Shown here in pieces: positions 1 to 14,008 of a stretch of 64,000 bases of DNA. Made by a program: the position numbers and the translations under genes. Numbering within the stretch: position 1 is the stretch's first letter; every line of letters begins with the position of its first letter. The notes beneath the pieces are model-generated. The model searched no databases, was not told the origin of the DNA, and was given only the letters and a program-made list of their open reading frames with translations. This DNA comes from Escherichia coli (GTDB lineage Bacteria > Pseudomonadota > Gammaproteobacteria > Enterobacterales > Enterobacteriaceae), in NCBI RefSeq assembly GCF_009931435.1, contig NZ_CP043414.1. One strand, 5' to 3'.

Positions 1-386
1 TACAGAAAACGGGAGGTGTCGCGCTGGCGGTGAAAGGGCTGATGGACATTGGCGGCGGTTACGGGCCACATATGATGCTGGGTTGTTTGTTTGTCTTGTC
101 GGCGGTTATTGGGCTATTTATCTCTAATACCGCAACGGCAGTGTTGATGGCTCCGATTGCGCTGGCTGCTGCCAAAACGATGGGTGTGTCGCCTTATCCA
201 TTTGCGATGGTCGTGGCGATGGCAGCATCCGCCGCCTTTATGACACCGGTTTCTTCACCTGTTAACACACTGGTTTTAGGCCCGGGAAATTACAGCTTCA
301 GTGACTTTGTGAAGTTGGGGGTACCGTTCACCATTATCGTGATGGCGGTTTGTGTGGTGATGATCCCGATGCTGTTTCCGTTTTGA
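1..386 (+). CDS. yfbS: YfbS-like membrane transporter, C-terminal part (5' end lies upstream of the window)
   Basis: Frame is open from the window edge to the stop at 384-386; translation is hydrophobic and TM-rich; convergent with yfbR as in K-12 synteny. Confidence 0.8.
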
Positions 387-444
387 CAAGAGCCTGATGT
401 CGCATCCGGCGCTTATTGCCTGATGCGACGCAGACTCCGGCTGC

Positions 445-1044
445 TTACAGCGGTGAATCCTGGCTAATCTCATCGAGCGAAAGATGGAAGCTGGGAACAA
501 AGACTTCCATGAAGTAGTCCATCTCCTGGCTGCGGCGCGCTTCAAGCGTCGCTTCCAGTCGCGTTTTTGCCAGCAAGAATTCATTATTTCCCGCCGCGAG
601 TTCTTCCAGACATTTCAGATATGCACACAGTGCATCTGCCTGTTTCACCAGAGATTTCTCTTCATCGCTGTATGCATGCTCGTCAATTAACGGCGCAAAA
701 ATATCCTGCAGCTCTTCCGGAACCATATCGACCAGTTTTTGCTGAGCGATTTTTTCAATAGCCTTGTATTCCTGAGCGATTTGCGAATTGAAGTATTTCA
801 CCGGGGTAGGGAGATCGCCGGTAAGCACTTCTGAGGCATCGTGGTACATCGCCAGTAAAGCGATACGTTCGGCGTTGACATTACCGCCAAATTTACGATT
901 TTTGATAGCTGCCAGCGCATGGGCGACCATCGCTACCTGCAAACTGTGTTCGGACACATTTTCCGTCCGCACGTTGCGCATTAGCGGCCAGCGGTTAATG
1001 AGTTTCAGGCGGGAGAGATGGGCAAAAAAATGGCTCTGTTTCAT
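445..1044 (-). CDS. yfbR: HD-domain 5'-deoxynucleotidase YfbR
   Basis: 199 aa ORF with ATG start; H...HD metal-binding motif ([13 protein letters not shown] ... YHDASEV); position upstream of alaA. Confidence 0.9.
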   Translation of the reverse strand: MKQSHFFAHLSRLKLINRWPLMRNVRTENVSEHSLQVAMVAHALAAIKNRKFGGNVNAERIALLAMYHDASEVLTGDLPTPVKYFNSQIAQEYKAIEKIAQQKLVDMVPEELQDIFAPLIDEHAYSDEEKSLVKQADALCAYLKCLEELAAGNNEFLLAKTRLEATLEARRSQEMDYFMEVFVPSFHLSLDEISQDSPL

Positions 1045-1127
1045 AGTGACCTTACGTATGATGACATCATCAGGTCATTGTGGCGGGATAACACTGCCGG
1101 ATGCAATCTCCGGCAGTGAAATTAAGA

Positions 1128-2345
1128 TTACAGCTGATGATAACCAGAAAGGAAACGCGCGAACTTACTCAAAGACAGCTCGATATCATCAACACGTGGT
1201 AGTGTGACAATGCGGAAGTGATCCGGCCACGGCCAGTTGAATGCTGTCCCTTGAACCAGCAGGACTTTTTCCTGCAACAGGAAATCCAGCACCATTTTCT
1301 GGTCGTCGTGAATGTTAAAGCGTTTAGCGTCGATTTTCGGGAACATATACAGCGCACCGCGCGGTTTCACGCAGGAAACGCCCGGAATGTCGTTGATCAA
1401 TTCCCACGCGCGGTTACGCTGCTCATAAAGACGCCCGCCGGGAGTAATAAATTCACTGATGCTCTGATAACCGCCTAGTGCTGTCTGAATGGCGTGTTGC
1501 GCAGGAACGTTAGCACACAGGCGCATTGAAGCCAGCATTTCCAGACCTTCGATGTAACCTTTGGCGTGTTTTTTCGGCCCGTTCAACACCATCCACCCCT
1601 GACGGAAGCCTGCAACGCGGTACGTTTTCGACAATCCGTTAAAGGTAATGGTCAGCAGATCAGGTGCCAGCGGCGCAATTGAGTGATGCTCAGCGTCGTC
1701 GTAGAGAATTTTGTCATAAATTTCATCGGCGAAGATAATGAGATTATGCTGACGTGCAATCTCCACTATCTCCATTAAAAGCTCTTTGGAATATACCGCG
1801 CCGGTTGGGTTATTTGGGTTGATAATAACGATCCCACGCGTACGAGGCGTAATTTTAGCGCGAATATCATCAAGGTCCGGGAACCAGTCAGAGGATTCAT
1901 CGCAAAGATAATGCACCGCTTTACCGCTGGAGAGCGAAACCGCTGCGGTCCATAGTGGGTAATCAGGTGCAGGAACCAACATTTCGTCCCCGCTGTTCAG
2001 CAATGCCTGCATTGCCTGAACGATAAGCTCCGATACACCATTGCCGATGTAAATATCTTCCACGGTAACATCACGCATGCCACGAGCCTGGTAGTGCTGC
2101 ATGATGGCTTTACGCGCGGAGTAAAGCCCTTTGGAATCGCAATACCCTTGAGCGGTAGGCAGGTTGCGAATCACGTCAACGAGGATTTCATCTGGCGCGT
2201 CAAAACCGAACGGGGCAGGGTTGCCGATGTTCAGTTTCAGTACCTTGTTACCTTCTTCTTCCAGGCGTTTTGCTTCTTTCAGCACCGGACCACGGATGTC
2301 GTAACAGACATTCTCTAATTTGCTGGATTTTTCAATGGGGGACAT
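1128..2345 (-). CDS. alaA: Glutamate-pyruvate aminotransferase AlaA (PLP-dependent class I aminotransferase)
   Basis: 405 aa ORF, fold-type I aminotransferase with SKTYRVAGFRQGW lysine region; synteny yfbR-alaA-lrhA. Confidence 0.9.
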   Translation of the reverse strand: MSPIEKSSKLENVCYDIRGPVLKEAKRLEEEGNKVLKLNIGNPAPFGFDAPDEILVDVIRNLPTAQGYCDSKGLYSARKAIMQHYQARGMRDVTVEDIYIGNGVSELIVQAMQALLNSGDEMLVPAPDYPLWTAAVSLSSGKAVHYLCDESSDWFPDLDDIRAKITPRTRGIVIINPNNPTGAVYSKELLMEIVEIARQHNLIIFADEIYDKILYDDAEHHSIAPLAPDLLTITFNGLSKTYRVAGFRQGWMVLNGPKKHAKGYIEGLEMLASMRLCANVPAQHAIQTALGGYQSISEFITPGGRLYEQRNRAWELINDIPGVSCVKPRGALYMFPKIDAKRFNIHDDQKMVLDFLLQEKVLLVQGTAFNWPWPDHFRIVTLPRVDDIELSLSKFARFLSGYHQL

Positions 2346-3261
2346 GAATCTTGACCTTTTTTGCTGTTATCGCCACTCCCTGCCGTGGAAGTCAGCTTAG
2401 AACAATGTACTCCCCCAGGACGGCGTTTTGAAGGTCTGCAGAATAAGATTTTGCCAGAGGGGAAGACTCGATTGTGCTGTTAATAACTTAATAATGGCAA
2501 AATAATGAGGTGTATATGCTTAGTAATTAATGTTATGTAGTGAATTGTTCTGATTCTTAATTGTGAGTGTGGTTTTTTTATCTGTAAGATAATTGTTTGA
2601 AAATGCCTCGTTTAAGAATTCACTAATGAATCGTGATGATGATATTTCCGCATTACGGAGAGTTTAACAGCGTGATGATTTCCGAGGTGTCGTAATGGGT
2701 GCAAGGTGTGAAACTATTGTTAAGCGGGATTAATGAATGAGGATGATGCTAATTAATTATTATTTAATATTCAAAAAGGTTTTGTTGTGCTTATTAATAA
2801 TAGAAGATTACTTTGCCTAACATAACATAACTTTGCATCAGATAATTCGCAATGACCCTTATAAATAAAAGGTTTTTGGGGTAAAATGCTCGCATAAATG
2901 ACGGATCCCTGCTCTTGATGCCGCCTCACCATTGCTGTTTGTACGTGTTCGCGTATGACCAGCGATGCTGCACGAGAGTGGAACAAGGACTCACATTTAC
3001 ATTTATACAAACACGCGCATGTCATAAATACAAAAGAGTGAGTAACTTAATAGATATGCGATTCCTGAAGATATATTCTGTGATCTACTTCAGGCATTAT
3101 AACGGAACAATGTGAGTCGCTTTTTTAGTGCAACTCATATGCATTTTTACTTTCGTCCGGGTTCCGGATGAAACTGCCAGGGAGGCACATTACAAATGGA
3201 ATTGCTTGTTTGTGTGTGCACAGCATTAACCAGCTCAGTACGAGCCGCCAGTAAGTGATAA

Positions 3262-4203
<942 letters not shown>

Positions 4204-4247
4204 TCGACGGACCATAGATAATTTCTAAGACAATAGTGTAAAAACGA

Positions 4248-4286
4248 GCCGCTGGGGGTGTTTTAAACCCCAGCGGCTTTTTTTTA
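4248..4286 (+). terminator. Rho-independent terminator downstream of lrhA
   Basis: GC-rich inverted repeat gccgctgggg / ccccagcggc followed by a run of 9 T. Confidence 0.7.
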
Positions 4287-4832
4287 GTAAAAAGCCTTCC
4301 TCGTATCGTGCAGAACGCACAAAACTGTTCATTTTTCAATCACCAGAGATTCACGTCCCGAACGCACAAATAATCGCCTGAAAAAAATCACCTGCTACAA
4401 TGATGTTAAAAAATACGTAAATTTGTTGCTGCGTTTTTGTTATGGAATGACAAAAGCGTGTCACAGATCAAGAAAATACTCTCTTTTGGGGGGAGGAATC
4501 GACACAAATTCCTGTCAAAATAGACCCGTATTTTTTCCATTGCTTCACAACGGACACGATTCAACAACATCTAATTATCCTGGAGTCGTCAAGGATCTGG
4601 GGTGAAAGGGCATTAAATGCTAATAGTGTTGATATTATGTAAACTAATGTGAAGAAACTTTTGTTAAAGTTGACAAAAGGTTATAGAAAGGAGTAAAAGA
4701 CCACATCAATTAGCTGTATAAAAGAGTTTCTACAGTGATTGTAAGGTTTTTTTTATTCCTCCCCATGAATCGATGTGGCGTCCATCTGCCGTGAAGAGCA
4801 GTGAATCTGGCGCTACTTTTGATGAGTAAGCA

Positions 4833-5276
4833 ATGAGTATGTCAACATCCACTGAAGTCATCGCTCATCACTGGGCATTCGCTATCTTTCTTATCGTTGC
4901 CATTGGCCTGTGTTGCCTGATGCTGGTAGGCGGTTGGTTTTTAGGCGGTCGCGCACGCGCGAGGTCGAAAAACGTTCCGTTTGAATCCGGTATCGACTCG
5001 GTCGGCTCCGCCCGCTTACGCCTGTCCGCCAAGTTTTATCTGGTGGCCATGTTCTTCGTTATCTTCGACGTTGAAGCGCTGTATCTGTTCGCATGGTCAA
5101 CCTCTATCCGCGAAAGCGGCTGGGTAGGCTTTGTGGAAGCTGCAATTTTTATTTTTGTGTTACTGGCTGGTCTGGTTTATCTGGTGCGTATTGGCGCGCT
5201 GGACTGGACGCCCGCGCGTTCACGCCGCGAGCGTATGAACCCGGAAACGAACAGTATCGCTAATCGTCAACGCTAA
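4833..5276 (+). CDS. nuoA: NADH:quinone oxidoreductase subunit A
   Basis: 147 aa membrane protein, first gene of a 13-gene cluster with complex I order. Confidence 0.93.
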
Positions 5277-5291
5277 CCGCGAGGCATTAAG

Positions 5292-5954
5292 ATGGATTAT
5301 ACGCTCACCCGCATAGATCCCAACGGTGAGAACGACCGTTACCCCCTGCAAAAGCAGGAGATCGTAACCGACCCTCTGGAGCAAGAAGTTAACAAAAACG
5401 TGTTTATGGGCAAGCTCAATGACATGGTTAACTGGGGTCGTAAAAACTCAATTTGGCCGTATAACTTCGGTCTTTCCTGCTGTTACGTTGAGATGGTGAC
5501 TTCGTTTACCGCGGTGCATGACGTGGCACGTTTTGGCGCAGAAGTATTGCGTGCTTCGCCGCGTCAGGCTGACCTGATGGTGGTTGCAGGAACCTGCTTT
5601 ACCAAAATGGCACCGGTTATTCAGCGTCTGTATGACCAGATGCTGGAACCAAAATGGGTTATCTCAATGGGGGCCTGTGCCAACTCTGGCGGTATGTACG
5701 ATATTTATTCCGTTGTGCAGGGCGTTGATAAATTCATCCCGGTTGATGTGTATATCCCGGGCTGCCCGCCACGTCCTGAAGCGTACATGCAGGCACTGAT
5801 GCTGTTGCAGGAATCTATCGGTAAAGAACGTCGTCCGCTCTCCTGGGTGGTTGGCGATCAGGGCGTTTATCGCGCCAATATGCAATCAGAGCGCGAACGC
5901 AAGCGCGGTGAACGCATTGCCGTTACCAACCTGCGTACACCTGACGAGATTTAA
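5292..5954 (+). CDS. nuoB: NADH:quinone oxidoreductase subunit B (N2 Fe-S cluster subunit)
   Basis: 220 aa; conserved CCxxE ... GxCxxxGG ... GCPP cysteine motifs. Confidence 0.93.
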
Positions 5955-6047
5955 TTTGCGCCTGTCGGCAAAGGGATTTTTCTTCGCTTATTCCTAAATC
6001 TATTTCGCGAAGCTTACTGCGCCGACAGTCACCACGGACCATTTGCA

Positions 6048-7850
6048 ATGGTGAACAATATGACCGACTTAACCGCGCAAGAACCCGCCTGGCAGACCCG
6101 CGATCATCTTGATGATCCGGTGATTGGCGAACTGCGCAACCGTTTTGGGCCGGATGCCTTTACTGTTCAGGCGACTCGCACCGGGGTTCCCGTTGTGTGG
6201 ATCAAGCGTGAACAATTACTGGAAGTGGGTGATTTCTTAAAGAAACTGCCGAAACCTTACGTCATGCTGTTTGACTTACACGGCATGGACGAACGTCTGC
6301 GCACACACCGCGAAGGGTTACCTGCCGCGGATTTTTCCGTTTTCTACCATCTGATTTCTATCGATCGTAACCGCGACATCATGCTGAAGGTGGCGCTGGC
6401 AGAAAACGACCTGCACGTACCGACCTTCACCAAGCTGTTCCCGAACGCTAACTGGTATGAGCGTGAAACCTGGGATCTGTTTGGCATTACTTTCGATGGT
6501 CACCCCAATTTGCGCCGCATCATGATGCCGCAAACCTGGAAAGGTCACCCGCTGCGTAAAGATTACCCGGCGCGCGCTACCGAATTCTCGCCGTTTGAGC
6601 TGACCAAAGCCAAACAGGATCTGGAGATGGAAGCCCTGACCTTCAAACCGGAAGAGTGGGGGATGAAGCGTGGCACCGAAAATGAAGACTTCATGTTCCT
6701 CAACCTCGGTCCGAACCACCCGTCGGCGCACGGTGCTTTCCGTATCGTTTTGCAACTCGATGGCGAAGAGATTGTCGACTGCGTACCAGACATCGGTTAC
6801 CACCATCGTGGTGCGGAGAAAATGGGCGAGCGCCAGTCATGGCACAGCTACATTCCGTATACCGACCGTATCGAATATCTCGGTGGCTGTGTTAACGAGA
6901 TGCCGTATGTACTGGCGGTAGAGAAACTGGCCGGGATCACCGTGCCGGATCGCGTTAACGTCATTCGCGTAATGCTTTCTGAGCTGTTCCGCATCAACAG
7001 CCACCTGCTGTATATCTCGACCTTTATTCAGGACGTCGGCGCGATGACGCCAGTGTTCTTCGCCTTTACCGATCGTCAGAAAATTTACGATCTGGTGGAA
7101 GCAATCACTGGTTTCCGTATGCACCCGGCGTGGTTCCGTATTGGCGGCGTAGCGCACGACCTGCCGCGCGGCTGGGATCGCCTGCTGCGTGAGTTCCTCG
7201 ACTGGATGCCGAAACGTCTGGCGTCTTATGAGAAAGCGGCGCTGCAAAACACCATTTTGAAAGGCCGTTCCCAGGGCGTAGCCGCCTACGGCGCGAAAGA
7301 GGCGCTGGAGTGGGGCACCACTGGTGCTGGTTTGCGTGCTACCGGGATCGACTTCGATGTGCGTAAGGCGCGCCCTTATTCTGGCTATGAAAACTTCGAC
7401 TTTGAAATCCCGGTTGGTGGTGGTGTTTCTGACTGCTACACCCGCGTAATGCTGAAAGTGGAAGAACTGCGTCAGAGTCTGCGCATTCTTGAGCAGTGCC
7501 TCAACAACATGCCGGAAGGCCCGTTCAAAGCGGATCACCCGCTGACCACGCCGCCGCCGAAAGAGCGCACGCTGCAACATATCGAAACCCTGATCACCCA
7601 CTTCCTGCAAGTGTCGTGGGGGCCGGTGATGCCTGCCAATGAATCTTTCCAGATGATTGAGGCGACCAAAGGGATCAACAGTTACTACCTGACCAGCGAC
7701 GGCAGCACTATGAGTTATCGCACCCGTATCCGTACGCCGAGTTATGCGCATTTGCAGCAAATTCCGGCGGCGATCCGCGGCAGCCTGGTGTCTGACCTGA
7801 TTGTTTATCTGGGCAGTATCGATTTTGTTATGTCAGATGTGGACCGCTAA
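6048..7850 (+). CDS. nuoC: NADH:quinone oxidoreductase fused subunit C/D
   Basis: 600 aa ORF, typical fused NuoCD of enterobacteria; stop overlaps the nuoE RBS region. Confidence 0.93.
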
Positions 7851-7852
7851 TT

Positions 7853-8353
7853 ATGCACGAGAATCAACAACCACAAACCGAGGCTTTTGAGCTGAGTGCG
7901 GCTGAGCGTGAAGCGATTGAGCACGAGATGCACCACTACGAAGACCCGCGTGCGGCGTCCATTGAAGCGCTGAAAATCGTTCAGAAACAGCGTGGATGGG
8001 TGCCAGACGGCGCGATCCACGCGATCGCTGACGTTCTGGGTATTCCCGCAAGTGATGTCGAAGGCGTGGCTACTTTCTACAGCCAGATCTTCCGCCAGCC
8101 GGTTGGTCGCCATGTGATCCGTTATTGCGACAGCGTGGTCTGTCACATTAACGGTTACCAGGGCATTCAGGCGGCACTGGAGAAAAAACTGAACATCAAA
8201 CCAGGGCAAACGACGTTTGACGGTCGCTTTACGCTGCTGCCAACTTGCTGCCTGGGGAACTGTGATAAAGGGCCAAACATGATGATCGATGAGGACACTC
8301 ACGCGCATCTGACCCCGGAAGCGATTCCTGAACTGCTGGAGCGGTATAAATGA
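7853..8353 (+). CDS. nuoE: NADH:quinone oxidoreductase subunit E (2Fe-2S)
   Basis: 166 aa, thioredoxin-like 2Fe-2S ferredoxin cysteines (CDSVVC ... [10 protein letters not shown]). Confidence 0.93.
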
Positions 8354-9687
8354 AAAACATTATCCGTACTCCCGAAACGCATCCGCTGACCTGGCGTCTG
8401 CGTGATGACAAACAGCCAGTGTGGCTGGACGAATATCGCAGCAAAAACGGTTACGAAGGAGCGCGTAAGGCGCTGACCGGACTGTCTCCGGACGAGATCG
8501 TCAATCAGGTTAAAGACGCTGGCCTGAAAGGGCGCGGCGGTGCGGGCTTTTCGACTGGTCTGAAGTGGAGCCTGATGCCGAAAGACGAATCCATGAACAT
8601 CCGTTACCTGCTGTGTAACGCCGATGAAATGGAGCCGGGCACCTATAAAGACCGCCTGCTGATGGAGCAACTGCCGCACCTGCTGGTGGAAGGTATGCTC
8701 ATTTCCGCATTTGCGCTGAAAGCTTATCGTGGCTACATCTTCCTGCGTGGCGAATATATTGAAGCGGCAGTGAATCTGCGCCGCGCCATTGCCGAAGCGA
8801 CCGAAGCGGGTCTGCTTGGCAAAAACATTATGGGAACAGGGTTCGATTTCGAACTGTTCGTCCATACCGGGGCAGGGCGCTACATCTGCGGGGAAGAAAC
8901 AGCGTTAATCAACTCCCTGGAAGGGCGTCGTGCTAACCCACGCTCGAAACCCCCCTTCCCGGCAACCTCCGGCGTATGGGGCAAACCGACCTGTGTCAAC
9001 AACGTCGAAACCCTGTGTAACGTTCCGGCGATCCTCGCTAACGGCGTGGAGTGGTATCAGAACATCTCGAAAAGTAAAGATGCTGGCACCAAGCTGATGG
9101 GCTTCTCCGGTCGGGTGAAAAATCCGGGCCTGTGGGAACTGCCGTTCGGCACTACCGCACGCGAGATCCTCGAAGATTACGCCGGTGGTATGCGTGACGG
9201 CCTGAAATTCAAAGCCTGGCAGCCAGGCGGTGCGGGCACTGACTTCCTGACCGAAGCGCACCTTGACCTGCCGATGGAATTCGAAAGTATCGGTAAAGCG
9301 GGCAGCCGTCTGGGTACGGCGCTGGCGATGGCGGTTGATCACGAGATCAACATGGTGTCGCTGGTACGAAACCTGGAAGAATTTTTCGCCCGTGAGTCCT
9401 GCGGCTGGTGTACGCCGTGCCGCGACGGTTTGCCGTGGAGCGTGAAAATTCTGCGCGCGCTGGAGCGTGGCGAAGGTCAGCCGGGCGATATCGAAACACT
9501 TGAGCAACTGTGTCGATTCTTGGGGCCGGGTAAAACTTTCTGTGCCCACGCACCTGGTGCAGTGGAGCCGTTACAGAGCGCCATCAAATATTTCCGCGAA
9601 GAATTTGAGGCGGGAATCAAACAGCCGTTCAGCAATACCCATTTGATTAATGGGATTCAGCCGAACCTGCTGAAAGAGCGCTGGTAA
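8350..9687 (+). CDS. nuoF: NADH:quinone oxidoreductase subunit F (NADH/FMN-binding, 4Fe-4S)
   Basis: 445 aa; GRGGAGF glycine-rich FMN/NADH motif; 4-nt overlap with nuoE. Confidence 0.93.
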   Translation: MKNIIRTPETHPLTWRLRDDKQPVWLDEYRSKNGYEGARKALTGLSPDEIVNQVKDAGLKGRGGAGFSTGLKWSLMPKDESMNIRYLLCNADEMEPGTYKDRLLMEQLPHLLVEGMLISAFALKAYRGYIFLRGEYIEAAVNLRRAIAEATEAGLLGKNIMGTGFDFELFVHTGAGRYICGEETALINSLEGRRANPRSKPPFPATSGVWGKPTCVNNVETLCNVPAILANGVEWYQNISKSKDAGTKLMGFSGRVKNPGLWELPFGTTAREILEDYAGGMRDGLKFKAWQPGGAGTDFLTEAHLDLPMEFESIGKAGSRLGTALAMAVDHEINMVSLVRNLEEFFARESCGWCTPCRDGLPWSVKILRALERGEGQPGDIETLEQLCRFLGPGKTFCAHAPGAVEPLQSAIKYFREEFEAGIKQPFSNTHLINGIQPNLLKERW

Positions 9688-9739
9688 CCGAATTTCGATT
9701 AACGCTCAGTCTCTGACTGAGAAAACTGGAAGCATGCTA

Positions 9740-12466
9740 ATGGCTACAATTCATGTAGACGGCAAAGAATACGAGGTCAACGGAGCGGACAACCTGCTGG
9801 AAGCTTGTCTGTCTCTGGGCCTTGATATTCCTTACTTTTGCTGGCATCCGGCGCTGGGAAGCGTCGGTGCTTGCCGCCAGTGTGCGGTGAAGCAATACCA
9901 AAACGCGGAAGACACGCGTGGTCGCCTGGTGATGTCCTGTATGACACCGGCTTCCGATGGCACCTTTATTTCCATTGACGACGAAGAAGCGAAACAGTTC
10001 CGTGAAAGCGTGGTCGAGTGGTTGATGACCAACCACCCGCACGATTGTCCGGTATGTGAAGAGGGCGGTAACTGCCATCTTCAGGATATGACCGTGATGA
10101 CCGGACACAGCTTCCGTCGCTACCGTTTCACCAAACGTACCCACCGCAATCAGGATCTGGGGCCGTTCATCTCTCACGAAATGAACCGTTGCATCGCCTG
10201 CTACCGCTGCGTGCGTTACTACAAAGATTACGCTGACGGTACAGATCTGGGCGTTTACGGTGCACATGACAACGTCTACTTCGGTCGCCCGGAAGACGGC
10301 ACCCTGGAAAGCGAATTCTCCGGTAACCTGGTCGAAATTTGCCCGACCGGCGTATTCACCGACAAAACGCACTCCGAGCGTTATAACCGTAAATGGGATA
10401 TGCAGTTTGCGCCGAGCATCTGCCAGCAATGTTCCATCGGCTGTAACATCAGCCCCGGCGAGCGTTATGGCGAACTGCGTCGTATCGAAAACCGTTACAA
10501 CGGTACGGTAAACCACTACTTCCTCTGCGACCGAGGTCGTTTCGGTTACGGCTACGTCAACCTGAAAGATCGTCCGCGTCAGCCAGTACAGCGTCGTGGC
10601 GATGATTTCATTACCCTCAACGCCGAGCAGGCAATGCAGGGCGCGGCAGATATTCTGCGTCAGTCGAAGAAAGTCATCGGCATCGGTTCTCCGCGTGCCA
10701 GCGTGGAAAGCAACTTTGCGCTGCGTGAGCTGGTGGGCGAAGAAAACTTCTATACCGGTATCGCTCACGGTGAGCAGGAACGTCTGCAACTGGCACTAAA
10801 AGTGCTGCGTGAAGGCGGCATTTATACTCCGGCTCTGCGCGAAATCGAATCTTATGATGCGGTACTGGTGCTGGGCGAAGACGTTACCCAGACCGGCGCG
10901 CGCGTTGCGCTGGCAGTGCGTCAGGCGGTGAAAGGTAAAGCACGCGAAATGGCGGCAGCACAGAAAGTGGCTGACTGGCAGATTGCGGCAATCCTCAACA
11001 TTGGCCAACGTGCGAAGCATCCGCTGTTTGTGACTAACGTTGATGACACCCGTCTGGATGATATCGCGGCGTGGACTTACCGCGCACCGGTTGAAGATCA
11101 GGCGCGTTTAGGTTTTGCCATTGCCCATGCTCTGGATAACTCCGCGCCAGCGGTTGACGGTATCGAGCCTGAACTGCAAAGCAAAATCGACGTCATCGTG
11201 CAGGCACTGGCAGGTGCGAAGAAACCGTTAATTATCTCCGGGACGAACGCTGGTAGCGCTGAAGTGATTCAGGCAGCGGCTAACGTGGCGAAAGCCCTGA
11301 AAGGTCGCGGCGCTGACGTCGGTATCACCATGATTGCCCGTTCCGTCAACAGCATGGGGCTGGGCATTATGGGCGGTGGATCGCTTGAAGAAGCGTTAAC
11401 CGAACTGGAAACCGGACGCGCCGACGCGGTGGTGGTGCTGGAAAACGATCTGCATCGTCACGCTTCCGCTACCCGCGTGAATGCTGCGCTGGCGAAAGCG
11501 CCGCTGGTGATGGTGGTTGACCATCAACGCACGGCGATCATGGAAAACGCCCATCTGGTGCTTTCTGCCGCCAGCTTTGCTGAAAGCGACGGTACGGTGA
11601 TCAACAATGAAGGCCGTGCCCAACGTTTCTTCCAGGTTTACGATCCGGCTTATTACGACAGCAAAACTGTGATGCTGGAAAGCTGGCGCTGGCTGCACTC
11701 GCTGCACAGCACCCTACTGAGCCGTGAAGTGGACTGGACGCAGCTCGACCATGTGATTGACGCTGTTGTGGCGAAAATCCCGGAACTGGCAGGTATCAAA
11801 GATGCTGCGCCGGATGCGACATTCCGTATTCGTGGTCAGAAACTGGCCCGTGAGCCGCACCGTTACAGTGGTCGTACCGCCATGCGCGCCAACATCAGCG
11901 TTCATGAGCCGCGTCAGCCGCAGGATATTGACACCATGTTCACCTTCTCGATGGAGGGTAACAACCAGCCGACCGCGCACCGTTCGCAAGTGCCGTTTGC
12001 CTGGGCGCCGGGCTGGAACTCCCCGCAGGCGTGGAACAAATTCCAGGACGAAGTGGGCGGCAAACTGCGCTTTGGCGATCCGGGCGTGCGTCTGTTTGAA
12101 ACCAGCGAAAACGGTCTGGATTACTTCACCAGCGTACCGGCACGCTTCCAGCCGCAGGAAGGGAAATGGCGTATCGCGCCGTACTACCACCTGTTTGGCA
12201 GCGATGAATTGTCACAGCGTGCCCCGGTCTTCCATAGCCGTATGCCGCAACCGTACATCAAACTCAACCCAGCGGATGCCGCGAAGTTGGGAGTGAACGC
12301 GGGTACACGCGTCTCCTTTAGTTACGATGGCAACACGGTCACGCTGCCGGTTGAAATCGCCGAAGGACTGACGGCAGGGCAGGTGGGCTTGCCGATGGGC
12401 ATGTCCGGTATTGCTCCGGTGCTGGCTGGCGCGCATCTTGAGGATCTCAAGGAGGCACAACAATGA
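9740..12466 (+). CDS. nuoG: NADH:quinone oxidoreductase subunit G (molybdopterin-like Fe-S subunit)
   Basis: about 908 aa; N-terminal 2Fe-2S and 4Fe-4S cysteine clusters; an ATG two codons upstream (9734) is an alternative start. Confidence 0.9.
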   Translation: MATIHVDGKEYEVNGADNLLEACLSLGLDIPYFCWHPALGSVGACRQCAVKQYQNAEDTRGRLVMSCMTPASDGTFISIDDEEAKQFRESVVEWLMTNHPHDCPVCEEGGNCHLQDMTVMTGHSFRRYRFTKRTHRNQDLGPFISHEMNRCIACYRCVRYYKDYADGTDLGVYGAHDNVYFGRPEDGTLESEFSGNLVEICPTGVFTDKTHSERYNRKWDMQFAPSICQQCSIGCNISPGERYGELRRIENRYNGTVNHYFLCDRGRFGYGYVNLKDRPRQPVQRRGDDFITLNAEQAMQGAADILRQSKKVIGIGSPRASVESNFALRELVGEENFYTGIAHGEQERLQLALKVLREGGIYTPALREIESYDAVLVLGEDVTQTGARVALAVRQAVKGKAREMAAAQKVADWQIAAILNIGQRAKHPLFVTNVDDTRLDDIAAWTYRAPVEDQARLGFAIAHALDNSAPAVDGIEPELQSKIDVIVQALAGAKKPLIISGTNAGSAEVIQAAANVAKALKGRGADVGITMIARSVNSMGLGIMGGGSLEEALTELETGRADAVVVLENDLHRHASATRVNAALAKAPLVMVVDHQRTAIMENAHLVLSAASFAESDGTVINNEGRAQRFFQVYDPAYYDSKTVMLESWRWLHSLHSTLLSREVDWTQLDHVIDAVVAKIPELAGIKDAAPDATFRIRGQKLAREPHRYSGRTAMRANISVHEPRQPQDIDTMFTFSMEGNNQPTAHRSQVPFAWAPGWNSPQAWNKFQDEVGGKLRFGDPGVRLFETSENGLDYFTSVPARFQPQEGKWRIAPYYHLFGSDELSQRAPVFHSRMPQPYIKLNPADAAKLGVNAGTRVSFSYDGNTVTLPVEIAEGLTAGQVGLPMGMSGIAPVLAGAHLEDLKEAQQ

Positions 12467-13440
12467 GTTGGATATCACCGGAACTGATTGAGATCCTGCT
12501 GACCATCCTCAAAGCGGTGGTGATCCTGCTGGTAGTTGTCACCTGCGGGGCATTCATGAGCTTTGGCGAACGTCGCCTGCTGGGTCTGTTCCAGAACCGT
12601 TACGGACCTAACCGTGTTGGCTGGGGCGGTTCGCTCCAGCTGGTCGCGGACATGATCAAAATGTTCTTTAAAGAAGACTGGATCCCGAAATTCTCGGATC
12701 GCGTCATCTTTACCCTGGCACCGATGATTGCCTTTACCTCGCTGCTGCTGGCCTTTGCGATTGTGCCAGTCAGTCCGGGTTGGGTAGTTGCCGACCTGAA
12801 CATCGGGATTTTGTTCTTCCTGATGATGGCAGGTCTGGCGGTTTACGCGGTGCTGTTTGCGGGCTGGTCAAGTAACAACAAATACTCGCTGCTGGGTGCG
12901 ATGCGTGCTTCTGCGCAGACCCTGAGCTACGAAGTGTTCCTCGGGCTTTCCCTGATGGGCGTGGTGGCGCAGGCCGGTTCATTCAACATGACCGACATCG
13001 TTAACAGCCAGGCGCACGTGTGGAACGTCATCCCGCAATTCTTTGGTTTTATTACCTTTGCCATCGCGGGCGTGGCGGTGTGTCACCGTCACCCGTTTGA
13101 CCAGCCGGAAGCCGAGCAGGAACTGGCGGATGGTTACCACATTGAATATTCCGGCATGAAGTTCGGTCTGTTCTTCGTGGGCGAATACATCGGGATTGTG
13201 ACCATCTCCGCATTGATGGTGACGCTGTTCTTCGGTGGCTGGCAAGGCCCGTTCTTACCGCCATTCATCTGGTTCGCGCTGAAAACCGCGTTCTTTATGA
13301 TGATGTTCATTTTGATTCGTGCGTCGTTACCGCGTCCGCGTTATGACCAGGTAATGTCCTTCGGCTGGAAAATCTGCCTGCCGCTGACGCTGATCAACTT
13401 GCTGGTAACGGCGGCTGTCATTCTCTGGCAGGCGCAATAA
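12463..13440 (+). CDS. nuoH: NADH:quinone oxidoreductase subunit H (membrane)
   Basis: 325 aa polytopic membrane protein; 4-nt overlap with the nuoG stop. Confidence 0.93.
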
Positions 13441-13454
13441 GGGGCACTAAGACC

Positions 13455-13997
13455 ATGACCTTAAAAGAATTGTTAGTAGGTTTCGGCACCCAGGTTCGTA
13501 GTATCTGGATGATCGGCCTGCACGCGTTCGCCAAACGCGAAACGCGAATGTACCCGGAAGAGCCGGTCTATCTGCCGCCCCGTTATCGTGGTCGCATCGT
13601 TCTGACCCGCGACCCGGATGGCGAAGAGCGTTGCGTAGCCTGTAACCTCTGCGCGGTCGCCTGCCCGGTCGGCTGTATCTCGCTGCAAAAAGCAGAAACC
13701 AAAGACGGTCGCTGGTATCCGGAATTTTTCCGCATCAACTTCTCACGCTGCATTTTCTGTGGTCTGTGCGAAGAAGCCTGTCCGACCACGGCGATTCAGT
13801 TAACCCCGGATTTCGAAATGGGGGAATACAAGCGCCAGGATCTGGTTTATGAGAAAGAGGATCTGCTGATCTCCGGTCCGGGCAAATACCCGGAATATAA
13901 CTTCTACCGGATGGCAGGTATGGCAATCGACGGCAAAGATAAGGGCGAAGCAGAGAACGAAGCCAAGCCTATCGACGTCAAGAGCCTGTTACCGTAA
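13455..13997 (+). CDS. nuoI: NADH:quinone oxidoreductase subunit I (2x 4Fe-4S ferredoxin)
   Basis: 180 aa; two CxxCxxCxxxCP motifs. Confidence 0.93.
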
Positions 13998-14008
13998 GGA
14001 GAGGGGCA

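Noticed and set aside
392-434. REP-like palindrome between convergent yfbS and yfbR
   Set aside because: Contains REP-like pieces (gcctgatgcgacgc) and an 8-bp stem, but the match to REP consensus is partial and there is no T-run; too weak to call as REP or terminator without alignment.
6837-7760. Long antisense ORFs inside nuo and men genes (6837-7760 in nuoC, 9737-10789 in nuoG, 11714-12190 in nuoG, 17121-17831 in nuoM, 28598-29233 in menD, 30382-31545 in menB/menC)
   Set aside because: Shadow ORFs on the opposite strand of strongly codon-biased GC-rich genes; translations are Arg/His/Gln-rich and low-complexity, with no RBS and no independent support.
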